Source: Candidatus Fermentibacteraceae bacterium (GTDB taxonomy: Bacteria > Fermentibacterota > Fermentibacteria > Fermentibacterales > JCC-6). Taken from it: a DNA stretch of 64,000 bases. The DNA lies in contig JAFGPK010000054.1 of NCBI GenBank assembly GCA_016936235.1, forward strand, positions 7,559-71,558. Direction: 5' to 3'. Under the pieces are notes generated by a model that searched no databases, had not been told where the DNA came from, and worked only from the letters and a program-made list of their open reading frames with translations. A program made the translations under genes and the position numbers. Below are positions 35,705 through 45,850 of the stretch, one piece after another (position 1 is the stretch's first letter; every line of letters starts with the position of its first letter).

Positions 35705-38700
35705 TCATTTTCCGCAACATTTCTTGTACTTCTTCCCGCTTCCGCAGGGACACTGGTCGTTCCTGCCCACCTTGGGCTGCTCCCTGACCACGGTCATCTG
35801 CCTTCCGCCCCTCACGCTTTCCCCGGCCTGTTCCCCGCCCACCTCACCGGCTGCCGGCAGCGACGAAGCCGGATGAAGGGCGCTGCCCTCCATCTGGCGG
35901 TTTTCAGGAAGGTCTGCCCTGGCGTTCCTGGGCCAGAGCGAAAGGACCTGCCTTACCGCAAGCTTGTCGATCCTGTCGAGTAGTTCCTCGAAGAGACCGA
36001 AAGCCTCCTTCTTGAACTCCACCAGCGGATCCCTCTGGGCGTATGCCCTCAGGCCGATGCCGGATTTCAGGTGGTCTATTCCGTAGAGGTGCTCGCGCCA
36101 CATGGAGTCGATGGAACTCAGTACCGCCCTCTTCTCGAGTTCCAGTGACAGCGCCTCGCCTATGCGCTCCCTCTTCATATGGTAATAGTCAAGGACCATT
36201 CTCACGCCGGCTTCCCTCGCGCCTTCCGGCGTGCCTCCTCCCGATGCCAGGCCCGGCAGGTCGAACCTCACGCCGGACATCTCCCCCAGGAGGGCCTGGG
36301 CTCTGTCAAGATTCCATTCCTCGGACTCCGTCTCGTCCGGGACAGCCTCCAGCATAATGTGCTCCGCCACGGCTGAAACCATGTCCAGGACCTCTTCGTC
36401 AATATCCTCCCCGGTCAGCGCCTGGCGCCGTTTCCGGTAGATGACCTCCCTCTGCTTGTTCACGACGTCGTCGTATTCCAGGAGGTGCTTCCTTATGCCG
36501 AAGTTATACTCCTCCACCCTCTTCTGCGCCTTCTGAATGGCCTTTGTGAGAAGCGCGTGCTCCACGGGGGTACCCTCATCCTCCCCGCCGCTCTTCTTCA
36601 TGAAATCTATCAGCTTCTCCGAGGCGAAAAGCCTGAACAGGTCATCCTCGAGTGAAAGGTAGAACCTGCTTGCGCCAGGGTCTCCCTGCCGCCCGCCCCT
36701 GCCCCTGAGCTGCCTGTCTATCCGCCTGGATTCATGCCGTTCTGTTCCTATGACGAAGAGACCGCCGGGCACTCTGCCTCCCTGCGGGTCGGTTACCTCC
36801 TTTATCTCGGGGGCCAGCTTGATATCGGTTCCCCTCCCCGCCATGTTCGTGGCGATGGTCACCGCTCCCCTCTGGCCTGCCCTCGAGACTATCTCCGCCT
36901 CCTGCTCGTGATGTTTCGCATTGAGTACGCTGTGGGGTATCTTCCTGGCTTTCAATAATTTGGACAGCAGTTCCGACACATCGACCGAGACCGTTCCCAC
37001 AAGCACGGGCTGTTCCATGGAATGAAGCCGCTGTATCTCGTCGATGATGGCTTTGTACTTCTCCCTGCGTGTCTTGTAAACCTGGTCGTTACGGTCCTGG
37101 CGGATTACGGGCACGTTAGTGGGTATGACCACGACGTCGAGGTCGTAGATGCTCTCGAACTCGTCAGCCTCGGTCTCCGCGGTTCCGGTCATCCCGGCCA
37201 GCTTGTCGTACATCCTGAAGTAGTTCTGTATGGTGATTGTGGCCAGGGTCTGGGTCTCGCTCCTGATCTCCACGCTCTCCTTGGCCTCCAGAGCCTCGTG
37301 CAGTCCGTCGCTGAACCTCCTGCCGGGCATGAGCCTGCCCGTGAACTGGTCGACTATCACCACCCGGCCGTCCTGAAGGACGTACTCGACATCCTTCTCA
37401 TAGAGCTGGAAGGCCCGCAGGAGCTGGTCGATGTTATGGAGGGCCTCCGCCTTCCTGGAGTGGTCATGATAGGCCTGCCTCTTGAGCTCGAGCTTCTCCC
37501 CTTCGGGGATCTCCTGCAGCTCTATCTCCGCGATATCGTCGCCGATGTCGGAGAGCAGGAAGAAGTCGGGATCATCCGGAGACAGGGTCTTCCTCCCCTT
37601 CTCGGAGAGGGAGACCGATTTCTCCTTCTCGTCCAGTGCGAAGAGAAGGTCCTCCTCCAGCTCATGGGTCCTCTTCTCTCTCAGCAGCACTCCCTCCATC
37701 CTCTGGAGAGCCTGCAGCCTGTCCGGATCCTGAAGGGACCTCACCAGTCTCCTCTGCTTGGGGGCGCCCTTGCGGGCCTTGAGGTAGAGCAGGGCTGCAT
37801 CCTCGGCCTGTCCCTTATCCCATAGCTCATCGGCCCTCGCCACGATATTGTTCACCAGCAGGGTCTGCTTCTGCACCAGCCTGGCCACGGAATCGCGGTA
37901 CTCCTTGTACCTGTTCGTCGATCTGGCCACGGGACCGCTGATGATGAGGGGGGTCCTGGCCTCGTCTATCAGGACGCTGTCCACCTCGTCAACGATGACG
38001 TAGCTGTGGCCGCGCTGCACCATGCCTTCCAGTCTGACCGCCATGTTGTCCCTCAGATAATCGAACCCGAACTGGTTGTTGGTGCCGTAGGTTATGTCGC
38101 AGTTGTACTGCTGCAGCCTCTCTTCCGGGGACATCTCCATCTGGATGCAGCCTATGGACAGCCCCAGGTATTCGTAGACGCCTCCCATCCAGTCGGCGTC
38201 TCTCCTTGCCAGGTAGTCGTTCACGGTAACGAGATGCGCTCCCCTGCCGGGAGGGATACCGTCGACGGGCACGAAATCCCATTCCCCTGGATCCTCCCCG
38301 TACTTCTCTCTCGCCAGCTGCTCCCATCGGGGATTCAGGACAAGGGCGTTCAGGTACATGGGCATCACGGCCGCCAGCGTCTTTCCCTCTCCTGTGGCCA
38401 TCTCGGCGATCTTCCCCCGGTGCAGGACAACGGCCCCCATTATCTGCACATCGAAGGGCACCATGTTCCATTCCTCGAGGCTTCCGCTGACCGGCCAGGA
38501 TTCCCCGCACAGGCGCCTGCACGCCTCCTTCACCACGGCGAAGGCCTCACACATGATGTCATCCCTTGTTTCGCCCCCGGCCAGCCGGACCCTGAACTGT
38601 CTGGTCATGTCCTTCAGACCCTCTTCAGAAAGGGTCTCCAGCTCATGGAAGAAGGCGTTGACCCTGTCAACGTAGGGCTCGAGCTCCGCCACTCTTTTTC

Positions 38701-38743
38701 CCTGCCTGTCGCCGAAAAGCGACCTAACGACGTTCTTCAGCAA
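35705..38743 (-). CDS. secA: Preprotein translocase ATPase SecA
   Basis: 1012 aa with DEAD-like motor motifs, and a C-terminal zinc finger …CPCGSGKKYKKCCGK. Confidence 0.95.
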   Translation of the reverse strand: MLKNVVRSLFGDRQGKRVAELEPYVDRVNAFFHELETLSEEGLKDMTRQFRVRLAGGETRDDIMCEAFAVVKEACRRLCGESWPVSGSLEEWNMVPFDVQIMGAVVLHRGKIAEMATGEGKTLAAVMPMYLNALVLNPRWEQLAREKYGEDPGEWDFVPVDGIPPGRGAHLVTVNDYLARRDADWMGGVYEYLGLSIGCIQMEMSPEERLQQYNCDITYGTNNQFGFDYLRDNMAVRLEGMVQRGHSYVIVDEVDSVLIDEARTPLIISGPVARSTNRYKEYRDSVARLVQKQTLLVNNIVARADELWDKGQAEDAALLYLKARKGAPKQRRLVRSLQDPDRLQALQRMEGVLLREKRTHELEEDLLFALDEKEKSVSLSEKGRKTLSPDDPDFFLLSDIGDDIAEIELQEIPEGEKLELKRQAYHDHSRKAEALHNIDQLLRAFQLYEKDVEYVLQDGRVVIVDQFTGRLMPGRRFSDGLHEALEAKESVEIRSETQTLATITIQNYFRMYDKLAGMTGTAETEADEFESIYDLDVVVIPTNVPVIRQDRNDQVYKTRREKYKAIIDEIQRLHSMEQPVLVGTVSVDVSELLSKLLKARKIPHSVLNAKHHEQEAEIVSRAGQRGAVTIATNMAGRGTDIKLAPEIKEVTDPQGGRVPGGLFVIGTERHESRRIDRQLRGRGGRQGDPGASRFYLSLEDDLFRLFASEKLIDFMKKSGGEDEGTPVEHALLTKAIQKAQKRVEEYNFGIRKHLLEYDDVVNKQREVIYRKRRQALTGEDIDEEVLDMVSAVAEHIMLEAVPDETESEEWNLDRAQALLGEMSGVRFDLPGLASGGGTPEGAREAGVRMVLDYYHMKRERIGEALSLELEKRAVLSSIDSMWREHLYGIDHLKSGIGLRAYAQRDPLVEFKKEAFGLFEELLDRIDKLAVRQVLSLWPRNARADLPENRQMEGSALHPASSLPAAGEVGGEQAGESVRGGRQMTVVREQPKVGRNDQCPCGSGKKYKKCCGK

Positions 38744-38953
38744 ATTACATATCCTCCGACCTCATGGGCGGCCGCGGAGCCCCCCGTTCAATTCCCGCTC
38801 TGTAAGTACAATAATACACAAAACAGCCGATCACCGTAATACGGCCCTCAACGCACCTCTGTACCGGTGGTCCTGTCCTTGGAACTGTCCCCGGTTCCCG
38901 GCCAGGGCGGTCTGCCGGCGCATTCGGCCGCTATCGTCAATATCAGCAGAATG

Positions 38954-39790
38954 CTAAACGCCGTCAGGAGTCTGGTTCTCGAACTCATAAAGGAGCTCCA
39001 GCAGTGAATCCGACCTGTGAACGAAAACCTCGGAGGTGTCACCCAGAAGCCTGGACTCCCACAGCCATCTCCGGGCCATTGATGTCTCACCCGTCCTCAG
39101 GGCTTCCCTTCCAATGAAGTACAGGGCCCATCCCAGGTCCCTCCCGGATTCCGGGCAGGTCCTGGCGGTCCGGGCCCTCCGGAGCGCCCAGACATTACGG
39201 TGGAGATCGCCTTCAGCCTCTGCCAGCGCCGCCGTTGCCCTCCAGTATGAGTACCCTGTGCCGCCGCCGAGCCTGAGGCGATGAAGTTGCTCCCTTGCAC
39301 CCGCAAGGTCCCCGGATTCCGCCAGCCGCTCCGCCAGGAAGCACCTGTAGAAATCCTCGTCGGGCATGAGTTCCACCGCCCTTGCAGCAAGCAGGAGGGA
39401 ACTGTCCCCCTCTGAAAGGCCCTGAGCGAGGACGGCCAGCCATATGCAGGCGTCGGCGCAGGCCGAGTCGTCCTCAAACCCGGCGGCCTCGAGAAGGTAC
39501 TCCATGGACTCCGAGGGATGGACACCCAGTTCCCTTTCGCAATCGGCCAGGTAGTAACGGCACACACCGCCGCCTCTGACCAGATCCGCGCAATCGAGTA
39601 TCTCATCGTACATGTCGAGGCTTCTGAGCGCCCTGATGTACTCGGCCAGGAACCATTCGTTAGACGGCTCCATGGTCCACGCGGCCATTGCCGCCTGAAG
39701 GGCCACATCCGGCCTCTCCATCCTGTTCGCCGTCCAGGCCAGGCGGTAGAGGAGCCAGGGGTCGGCGGGGTCTGAGGCGACTTCCTGCAT
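38954..39790 (-). CDS. TPR-like helical repeat protein (start uncertain; ORF is open upstream to an in-frame TGA at 39896)
   Basis: 278 aa from the first ATG. The upstream in-frame segment QLHPLLSCIWLLPAAFSTGDSLSRAGNLPEALPLL looks like a signal peptide but has no ATG/GTG/TTG. Confidence 0.45.
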   Translation of the reverse strand: MQEVASDPADPWLLYRLAWTANRMERPDVALQAAMAAWTMEPSNEWFLAEYIRALRSLDMYDEILDCADLVRGGGVCRYYLADCERELGVHPSESMEYLLEAAGFEDDSACADACIWLAVLAQGLSEGDSSLLLAARAVELMPDEDFYRCFLAERLAESGDLAGAREQLHRLRLGGGTGYSYWRATAALAEAEGDLHRNVWALRRARTARTCPESGRDLGWALYFIGREALRTGETSMARRWLWESRLLGDTSEVFVHRSDSLLELLYEFENQTPDGV

Positions 39791-39895
39791 GAGCAGGGGC
39801 AGCGCTTCGGGAAGATTCCCGGCCCTGCTCAGCGAGTCACCTGTGGAGAACGCCGCGGGCAGAAGCCAGATGCAGGAGAGAAGTGGATGCAGTTG

Positions 39896-40279
39896 TCAGA
39901 ATCCCGTCAGGGAGGAATCCGGAAGCGAACCGCTGAAATGAAGCTGAAGGGAGAAATCGTCCGAGGGTCTCCACCTGAGGTCCAGTCCTCCCAGCACCCT
40001 GCCGGCTGAGAAGCCGTGGAAATCGTAGAGCCTAGCGTACCCTATGTCGATGGCCGCATCCCAGTTCGGATGGAGCGAGAACGAGACGGTTCCCACGGTA
40101 AGCCCGCCTGCCAGGGTCCTGCCGCCGCCGGTGATCATGCTGAAACTGGCGAACCCTGAGAATTCCGGGTTGAACCAGGAACCGGTGGGTTCAACGAGAG
40201 AGAAGCTGGAGGGTTCAAGGCCTGCGGCGAAAAGCGGTGAGACCATGGCCAGGACCAGGAAAAAAGGCAGAATTCTCAT
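39896..40279 (-). CDS. Small secreted/outer-membrane-like protein ending in C-terminal Phe
   Basis: Internal start MRILPFFLVLAMVSPLFAAG is a signal peptide. The mature ~105 aa have alternating hydrophobic residues and a terminal …LTGF, the OMP beta-barrel signature. Confidence 0.4.
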   Translation of the reverse strand: MRILPFFLVLAMVSPLFAAGLEPSSFSLVEPTGSWFNPEFSGFASFSMITGGGRTLAGGLTVGTVSFSLHPNWDAAIDIGYARLYDFHGFSAGRVLGGLDLRWRPSDDFSLQLHFSGSLPDSSLTGF

Positions 40280-40460
40280 GATAGGACCTTCTCCATCCAG
40301 AAAGTGTACAAAGCTGCCTGAAGCCGGAAAAGTCAACCGGAACACAATTCCGTCACACGTTCAGTAATATATTACCCCGCAACCCCGGTCAATGTTCCAT
40401 GAAAGGGAAGTTCAGGCCTGGCAGCCTCTGACACCGTGAACGCGGTCTGCGGGGAGAACG

Positions 40461-41429
40461 TTACGAATCGGCGGATAACCCGGCGGATGGCGCCGATTGT
40501 CCGGCGCACCTGTTCCTTCCAAGGTGACCGAGCACCAGAAGGCCCAGCACCACGGCGAACCACAGGGTGGCGAACCGCATTATGATCGTAGTGGCCGCAG
40601 CGTCCGCACCGGACATGGAGACAGTCAGGATGGCGCCTATTGTGATCTCCGTGAGTCCAAGGCCGCCGGGTATCAGTGATACGGCTCCCGCTATCGTCCC
40701 GGCGGAGTGGGCCAGCAGGGCAACCCCTGCCGGAAGCGCGGGGTCGATGCCCAGCGACATGGAGACAAGGCACAGGACCATGGCCTCGGCACTCCATGAC
40801 AGCATGCCCAGGGGAACCGATACCGCCAGGCTTCGAGGGTCCAGCAGCCTGCGGCAGTGCCCCTGGAAATCCACCATGCTGTCTCTGCGCTCCCTGAAAC
40901 GGCGGATCCTGCACAGCAGTCCTGTCAGAGCGTGGAAAGCCCTGTCCCACAGAAGCAGTACCATTGCGGCGAATACCAGCAAGGAGCCTGCGGCGACCGC
41001 CACCAGCGCGCCCCTGTGCCTAACCATGAGCAGACCGGTCATGGCTATGAGTATCATGCTGAGCAGGTCCGTGATCCTCTCGGCCACCACGACGGGCGAT
41101 GTCCTTGAGACCGGTATCCCCCTCCTGTCCCTGATGAGATAGCACTTCAAAAGCTCCCCCAGCTTGCCCGGGGACACGGTCATGGAGAACCCTGCCAGGA
41201 AGACCATGAAACTCTCCCTCAACGGGATCGAGACGCCCACCCTGCCGAGGAAGTAGTGCCACTTGAGGAATCTGAGCACGTAATTGGCGAGGGAGAGGGA
41301 GAGGAACAGGGGGATCATGAGCAGATCCATTGAGGACAGTGCGTCCCCAACGGCTTTCACGTCTGCAAGGAATACGATTGCCGTGTATACGGCCATGGCG
41401 AAGACCAGTGACCACAGGGTCTTCCTCAA
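40461..41429 (-). CDS. Lysylphosphatidylglycerol-synthase-TM / flippase-like (UPF0104) integral membrane protein
   Basis: About 8 TM helices. …LGELLKCYLIRDRRGIPVSRTSPVVVAERITD… matches the UPF0104 signature (…GExxR…ERxxD). The first in-frame start that does not overlap the upstream TPR gene is TTG at 41429; ATG at 41396 is an alternative. Confidence 0.55.
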   Translation of the reverse strand: MRKTLWSLVFAMAVYTAIVFLADVKAVGDALSSMDLLMIPLFLSLSLANYVLRFLKWHYFLGRVGVSIPLRESFMVFLAGFSMTVSPGKLGELLKCYLIRDRRGIPVSRTSPVVVAERITDLLSMILIAMTGLLMVRHRGALVAVAAGSLLVFAAMVLLLWDRAFHALTGLLCRIRRFRERRDSMVDFQGHCRRLLDPRSLAVSVPLGMLSWSAEAMVLCLVSMSLGIDPALPAGVALLAHSAGTIAGAVSLIPGGLGLTEITIGAILTVSMSGADAAATTIIMRFATLWFAVVLGLLVLGHLGRNRCAGQSAPSAGLSADS

Positions 41430-41433
41430 CGGA

Positions 41434-42249
41434 TCAGTTTTCCCCTTCGGGGCCCTCCGGCGGACCCGACGATGCCATGTGGCGGAGTTCCTCCGCCATC
41501 CTCTCCATCCCGGGAATATCCTGCACAAGCTTCAGGGCTTTACCGGCCAGCCTGGCCGCTTCGTCCGGTTCTCCCTGCATTGAGCAGGCCCTGGAGGCGA
41601 GGGCCAGGGCGCTGGCCCTGCTCCCGTTCAGAATGGCACTGCCGGATGGAAGGAGCTCGTAGGCCGTCATGGCCTGGACCCTGGCTTCAACGGGCTGCTT
41701 CCTCTTCAGGTACAGCATGGCGAGGTTGGTGTGGACGCCGCTCCTCGCGGTGCCCTCGCGAAGCTCCAGGGTATCCTTCAGAAGCTCCTCCGCCTCGTCC
41801 AGCCGCTGACCGGTCTCGATGAGCATGCCGGCTATGTTCATGTTCATTGTGGGTCTGAGGGACTCGTCCATGGCCAGTGCCCGGCGGTAGTATTCCTCGG
41901 CGGCGGCGTGGTCCTTCCTGCCACCGGCTACGTAACCCAGCTGGGCCAGTGCCATGGCGCTGTCGTCACCCTTCTCTATGGCGGTGCTTATCAGGGACTC
42001 GGCTTCTTCGTACCGGCCTGACTTGATGTAGAAGTATACGAGGGCGTTGGTGATGGGATCGGATACATCCTTCCGGTTCATGTTCCGGTGCAGGTAATCC
42101 AGCATCTCCGCGGTCCTCCCCGCCGCGGCCAGTTTCGCGGCCTTCCTGAGCTGCAGCTGTTTCCAGGTCCTGGAACTGACCAGGCGCCATGAAAGGAACA
42201 GGACCAGGAGCGCCAGGAATGAAGTGAGAACGAACCAGAAAGGTGGCAT
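41434..42249 (-). CDS. Membrane-anchored TPR-repeat protein
   Basis: N-terminal TM helix FWFVLTSFLALLVLFLSW, then TPR-like repeats (…AMALAQLGYVAGG…AEEYYRRALAMD…). Its start overlaps the PBP1A stop. Confidence 0.6.
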   Translation of the reverse strand: MPPFWFVLTSFLALLVLFLSWRLVSSRTWKQLQLRKAAKLAAAGRTAEMLDYLHRNMNRKDVSDPITNALVYFYIKSGRYEEAESLISTAIEKGDDSAMALAQLGYVAGGRKDHAAAEEYYRRALAMDESLRPTMNMNIAGMLIETGQRLDEAEELLKDTLELREGTARSGVHTNLAMLYLKRKQPVEARVQAMTAYELLPSGSAILNGSRASALALASRACSMQGEPDEAARLAGKALKLVQDIPGMERMAEELRHMASSGPPEGPEGEN

Positions 42250-44465
42250 CAGCGCACTCCGTGTGTGGTGTAGTTCATGTCGAATTCGGTGAAATCAGGT
42301 ATCGTCGTGTCGGGCAGGAAAGCGTCCTCCCCGTAATCGTGAAGCGTGCAGTAATCCTGCGGGGCGGTGCCCTCCCAGAACTCCTCCACCCTTGTGTTCT
42401 CACCGCACCCCTCCAGCGCCAGCTTGCCCGTGATGGTGCAGATGACGGCGGTCTCCACGGAGTTCTCGGGCGGCTCTGGGAATGCCACTACCGAATCCGA
42501 CGGGAGGTCCTGGAGGACCTCTCGCATGAAGACGTTCCAGATCGGCAGGGCGATACTGCTCCCTGACTGGCCCCTGCCGTCCTGCAGCCTCATCCTGATG
42601 ACATGGTTGTCGTAGCCTACCCAGACGCTGGCCACCAGGTCCGGAGTGAAGCCCACGAACCAGGCGTCGGCGTAATCGCTTGTGGTCCCCGTCTTGCCCC
42701 CCGCCCTTCTCCCTGAGAAGGGACCTCCCCAGTTCCAGTGGATCCCCGTTGCGGTGCCCTCCCTTATCACTGACTGGAGCATGGAATTCATAAGGTAGGC
42801 CCCGGTCTCGGATAGGACCCTGCGGCCTGCGGAAGGCGCGCTGTTGTCCTCGAGGACATTGCCGTACCTGTCCTCCACCCTCAGGATGGCCACCGCGTCC
42901 CTTGCCAGTCCTCCGGTTGCGAAGGGCACGTATGCCTGGGCCATCTCAAGGGGATTCACCATGCAGCTGCCGAGGGGAAGGGAATGGACTATCGGGATCC
43001 TCGAGACCAGACCCATGGCCTTGGCCCTTGCAGCAACTGCCTCCACTCCCACGGCCATGCCCAGGCGGACTGCGGAGACGTTGAAGGACCTGGCCAGAGC
43101 AGTCCTCAGGGTTACCATGCCATGAAATGTATGGTCGTAGTTGCGGGGGCGCCAGGAACCGGGATTCAGCTCCACCACCACCGGCTGGTCGAGGATCGTG
43201 TTCCCCGGTGACCATCCCTGCTCGATGGCCTCCGCGTAGACGAAGGGCTTGAACGCGCTGCCCGGCTGCCTTCGGGCCTGGACGGCCCGGTTGAACTCGC
43301 TGTCGGCGAAATCCCTTCCGCCTACCATCGCTTTTATGAAACCGGTGACCGGATCCATCGCCACCAGGGCTCCCTGTATGTAGTCAGGCGCCCCGGCGGT
43401 GGTGTCCCTCACAGCCTGCCAGCGTGCGTAGGAACTCTCGAATCTCAATCTCTCGGAGCTGGGGATGAATTCGCCCGTCTCCGGGTCCCAGACCGGTTCC
43501 TTGGATGTGAGTATGCTGTCGAGGGCCATCTCCGCCGCCGCCTGCATGTCAGGGTCGAGGGTAGTGTACACCCTCAGCCCCTGTTCGTAGACCGCGGACC
43601 AGCCGTAACGGTTGACCAGGTATTTCCGTACGTACTCCGAGAAGTAGTCCCATTCCTGTTCGACTTCAGGCCTGTGGACATCCACCGCCAGGGGTGATTC
43701 CATTGCCTCTTCGGCCTGCTCCTGGGTTATGTATCCCTCGCTGGCCATGACCTGGAGCGCCACGTTCCTCTGTGTGAGGCACCTCTCGGGATTCTCCTGA
43801 GGGTTGAAACCGCTGGGATTCTTGACCATCCTGACGAGCATGGCGGACTGCGCCAGTGAGAGTTCCGCAGCAGTTATTCCTCCGAAGTAGGTCCGTGCCG
43901 CGGCCTCGATCCCGTACGCTCCCGCACCGAAGTAGATCTGGTTCAGGTACATCTCGAGTATCTCGTCCTTGTCGAACTGACGCTCTATCTCCATGGCGAT
44001 GAAGGCTTCCTGGATCTTCCGCTGGATCGTCTGGTCCGGTACCAGAAAAAGACCCCTGGTGAGCTGCTGTGTTATTGTGGAAGCTCCATGGCGCTCTCCG
44101 GTCCTGATGTCATGGATGGCCGCCCTGACTATCCCCCGGATGCTGATCCCGCTGTGCTGGTAGAATGTCCTGTCCTCGGTGGCTATGAATCCGGCCACCA
44201 CCCAGGGCGAGACCTCCTCCAGAGTGACCGGGTACCTGTTCTCAACGCAGGCGGTGGCCATAAGATCACCCCTGCTGTCGTATATTTCGGTGGCCGCCGC
44301 GGGTTCGTGGCCGCGCAGGCCTGCCACCAGCAGGTTTCCTCTGGCTTCCGCGAAGGCGCTGCTGCAGTCCGTGTATATCCTGTAAGCGAAACCCGCGCCG
44401 AAGAAGATGCCGGTGAGCAGCAGAATGAAGACCCAGCAGAGGACCGCCCTGACCTTCTCCTTCAT
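42249..44465 (-). CDS. mrcA: Class A penicillin-binding protein 1A (transglycosylase/transpeptidase)
   Basis: N-terminal TM anchor. GT51 motifs EDRTFYQHSGISIRG and GASTITQQL. Transpeptidase motifs SAFKPF (SxxK), SFN, KTGTT. Confidence 0.9.
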   Translation of the reverse strand: MKEKVRAVLCWVFILLLTGIFFGAGFAYRIYTDCSSAFAEARGNLLVAGLRGHEPAAATEIYDSRGDLMATACVENRYPVTLEEVSPWVVAGFIATEDRTFYQHSGISIRGIVRAAIHDIRTGERHGASTITQQLTRGLFLVPDQTIQRKIQEAFIAMEIERQFDKDEILEMYLNQIYFGAGAYGIEAAARTYFGGITAAELSLAQSAMLVRMVKNPSGFNPQENPERCLTQRNVALQVMASEGYITQEQAEEAMESPLAVDVHRPEVEQEWDYFSEYVRKYLVNRYGWSAVYEQGLRVYTTLDPDMQAAAEMALDSILTSKEPVWDPETGEFIPSSERLRFESSYARWQAVRDTTAGAPDYIQGALVAMDPVTGFIKAMVGGRDFADSEFNRAVQARRQPGSAFKPFVYAEAIEQGWSPGNTILDQPVVVELNPGSWRPRNYDHTFHGMVTLRTALARSFNVSAVRLGMAVGVEAVAARAKAMGLVSRIPIVHSLPLGSCMVNPLEMAQAYVPFATGGLARDAVAILRVEDRYGNVLEDNSAPSAGRRVLSETGAYLMNSMLQSVIREGTATGIHWNWGGPFSGRRAGGKTGTTSDYADAWFVGFTPDLVASVWVGYDNHVIRMRLQDGRGQSGSSIALPIWNVFMREVLQDLPSDSVVAFPEPPENSVETAVICTITGKLALEGCGENTRVEEFWEGTAPQDYCTLHDYGEDAFLPDTTIPDFTEFDMNYTTHGVR

Positions 44466-45850
44466 CAGGGCTGCTCCACTGTGACGGAGGGATCTGACAT
44501 GACGGACCTTATCCTCCGGAAGAGCGGAGTCCCCTGGTCGGAGTAACCCAGGAAGTACTCGTACTCGCCTTCGACTCCCGTGAAGGTCACTTCACGGCAA
44601 CCGGGTCTTCCCGAGGGCTGCGAGATGAAATCCGAATGGTAGTCGCTGTCGTAGCTCTCGTAAGTCCTCCAGACAAGTCTGTATCCGGTGGTGGTCCCCT
44701 GGAAGAGGTAGAGGTTACCGGCCCAGTATATGACCCTCTCCGGGTCGCTGTCACCGTTGAGCTCCACAGCCAGGGCCCTCCAGACGGTGACCCCGACCTC
44801 GTTCTCCCGCTTCTGTTCCAGCTGGTGCGGATCGAGGTCGATCTGAACCTGGCCGAGGGGTTCGTTGGAACCGGCTGTCAGCAGCACGGGCCACGTTCTG
44901 GAGAGGGAGTCCCTGACCTCCACCAGGTCGCTTACTGCCAGAAAGAAGCTCCTGAAACCGGCAAGGCGCTGCAGGTCCTCGGTCAGGTCGGGTTCAGTCC
45001 ATTCCCCGGTGGCGTAGAGCTGCTGCATGGCCTCATGCCTTTCCCTGAGGACCGACTTGGAGATGAAGGCCATCTCCTTCCATATGTTCACGAGGGAGAC
45101 CAGATCGGAGGGAAGTCCCTGAAAGCCGGTCTCCGCCCTGTCCTTGATTATCTGGAACTTCCCTGCCCTGCGTATGTTGCACTCGGCCAGAACGGAGTAA
45201 CTGTCGTCCTGAAGGTCAAGGATGAAATCCCTGAAATCAGTCCCGGCCTCCATGGCGGCGTTCATAGATGCGTAACTCTGCGCGGAATCCATCATGCAGT
45301 CATCGAAGAGCATCCTGGCGATGTGCATCTCGCTCCTCACCTGGGGGTACTGGATAACCAGGTCCGCAAGCTGCTCTATGGTGAGGGAATCCTCAAGCTC
45401 CCTCGGAAGCTCGATACCGAAACCGTCAATGAGCCATTTCTCGCCGACCAGAAGGAAATCGATGCGGTTTATGGCGGGTCTCTCCATCCTCCTGATAGTG
45501 CAGTGGTAGGAGGTCCTCATCCCCTCCGCGGTCTCGAACAGAGCCGTGAGCCGGCCTCCGGCGTCGAATGCCCTCCACCTGCCGAAGATCTGCTGAGGAG
45601 ACAGGCTGTCCGTCGGCAGCGTGTCCGAGAATCCTTCCGTAAGAAGTTCGAAGCAGTCCGGGTCGTTCAACCCCAGTCGGTTCGAGAACTCCAGGGCCAC
45701 CTCCATGGGTCCCCGCGGCATGACGATCACCGAGTCAGCTGGCAGGGATGTCCCGTTTCCGCTATCCACAGGCTCATCCCCGTCTCCGCGCCCGCCGCAG
45801 GCGGGCAGCAGGATGAGAAGCGCCACGACTGAAAGGAACAGGTTCCTCAT
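44465..45850 (-). CDS. Lipoprotein of unknown function, translationally coupled between pilB and PBP1A
   Basis: Internal start MRNLFLSVVALLILLPACGG is a lipobox. The ATG at 45850 makes an ATGA overlap with the pilB stop. The ORF's first 157 codons overlap pilB and were rejected. Confidence 0.55.
   Translation of the reverse strand: MRNLFLSVVALLILLPACGGRGDGDEPVDSGNGTSLPADSVIVMPRGPMEVALEFSNRLGLNDPDCFELLTEGFSDTLPTDSLSPQQIFGRWRAFDAGGRLTALFETAEGMRTSYHCTIRRMERPAINRIDFLLVGEKWLIDGFGIELPRELEDSLTIEQLADLVIQYPQVRSEMHIARMLFDDCMMDSAQSYASMNAAMEAGTDFRDFILDLQDDSYSVLAECNIRRAGKFQIIKDRAETGFQGLPSDLVSLVNIWKEMAFISKSVLRERHEAMQQLYATGEWTEPDLTEDLQRLAGFRSFFLAVSDLVEVRDSLSRTWPVLLTAGSNEPLGQVQIDLDPHQLEQKRENEVGVTVWRALAVELNGDSDPERVIYWAGNLYLFQGTTTGYRLVWRTYESYDSDYHSDFISQPSGRPGCREVTFTGVEGEYEYFLGYSDQGTPLFRRIRSVMSDPSVTVEQP

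Noticed and set aside
38848-39090. 80-aa minus-strand ORF overlapping the 3' end of the TPR-like gene.
   Set aside because: It is in a different frame and overlaps a better-supported gene. It has a signal-like stretch but no start context.
44636-45832. 398-aa plus-strand ORF.
   Set aside because: It is antisense to the coupled lipoprotein gene and breaks the otherwise continuous minus-strand operon.
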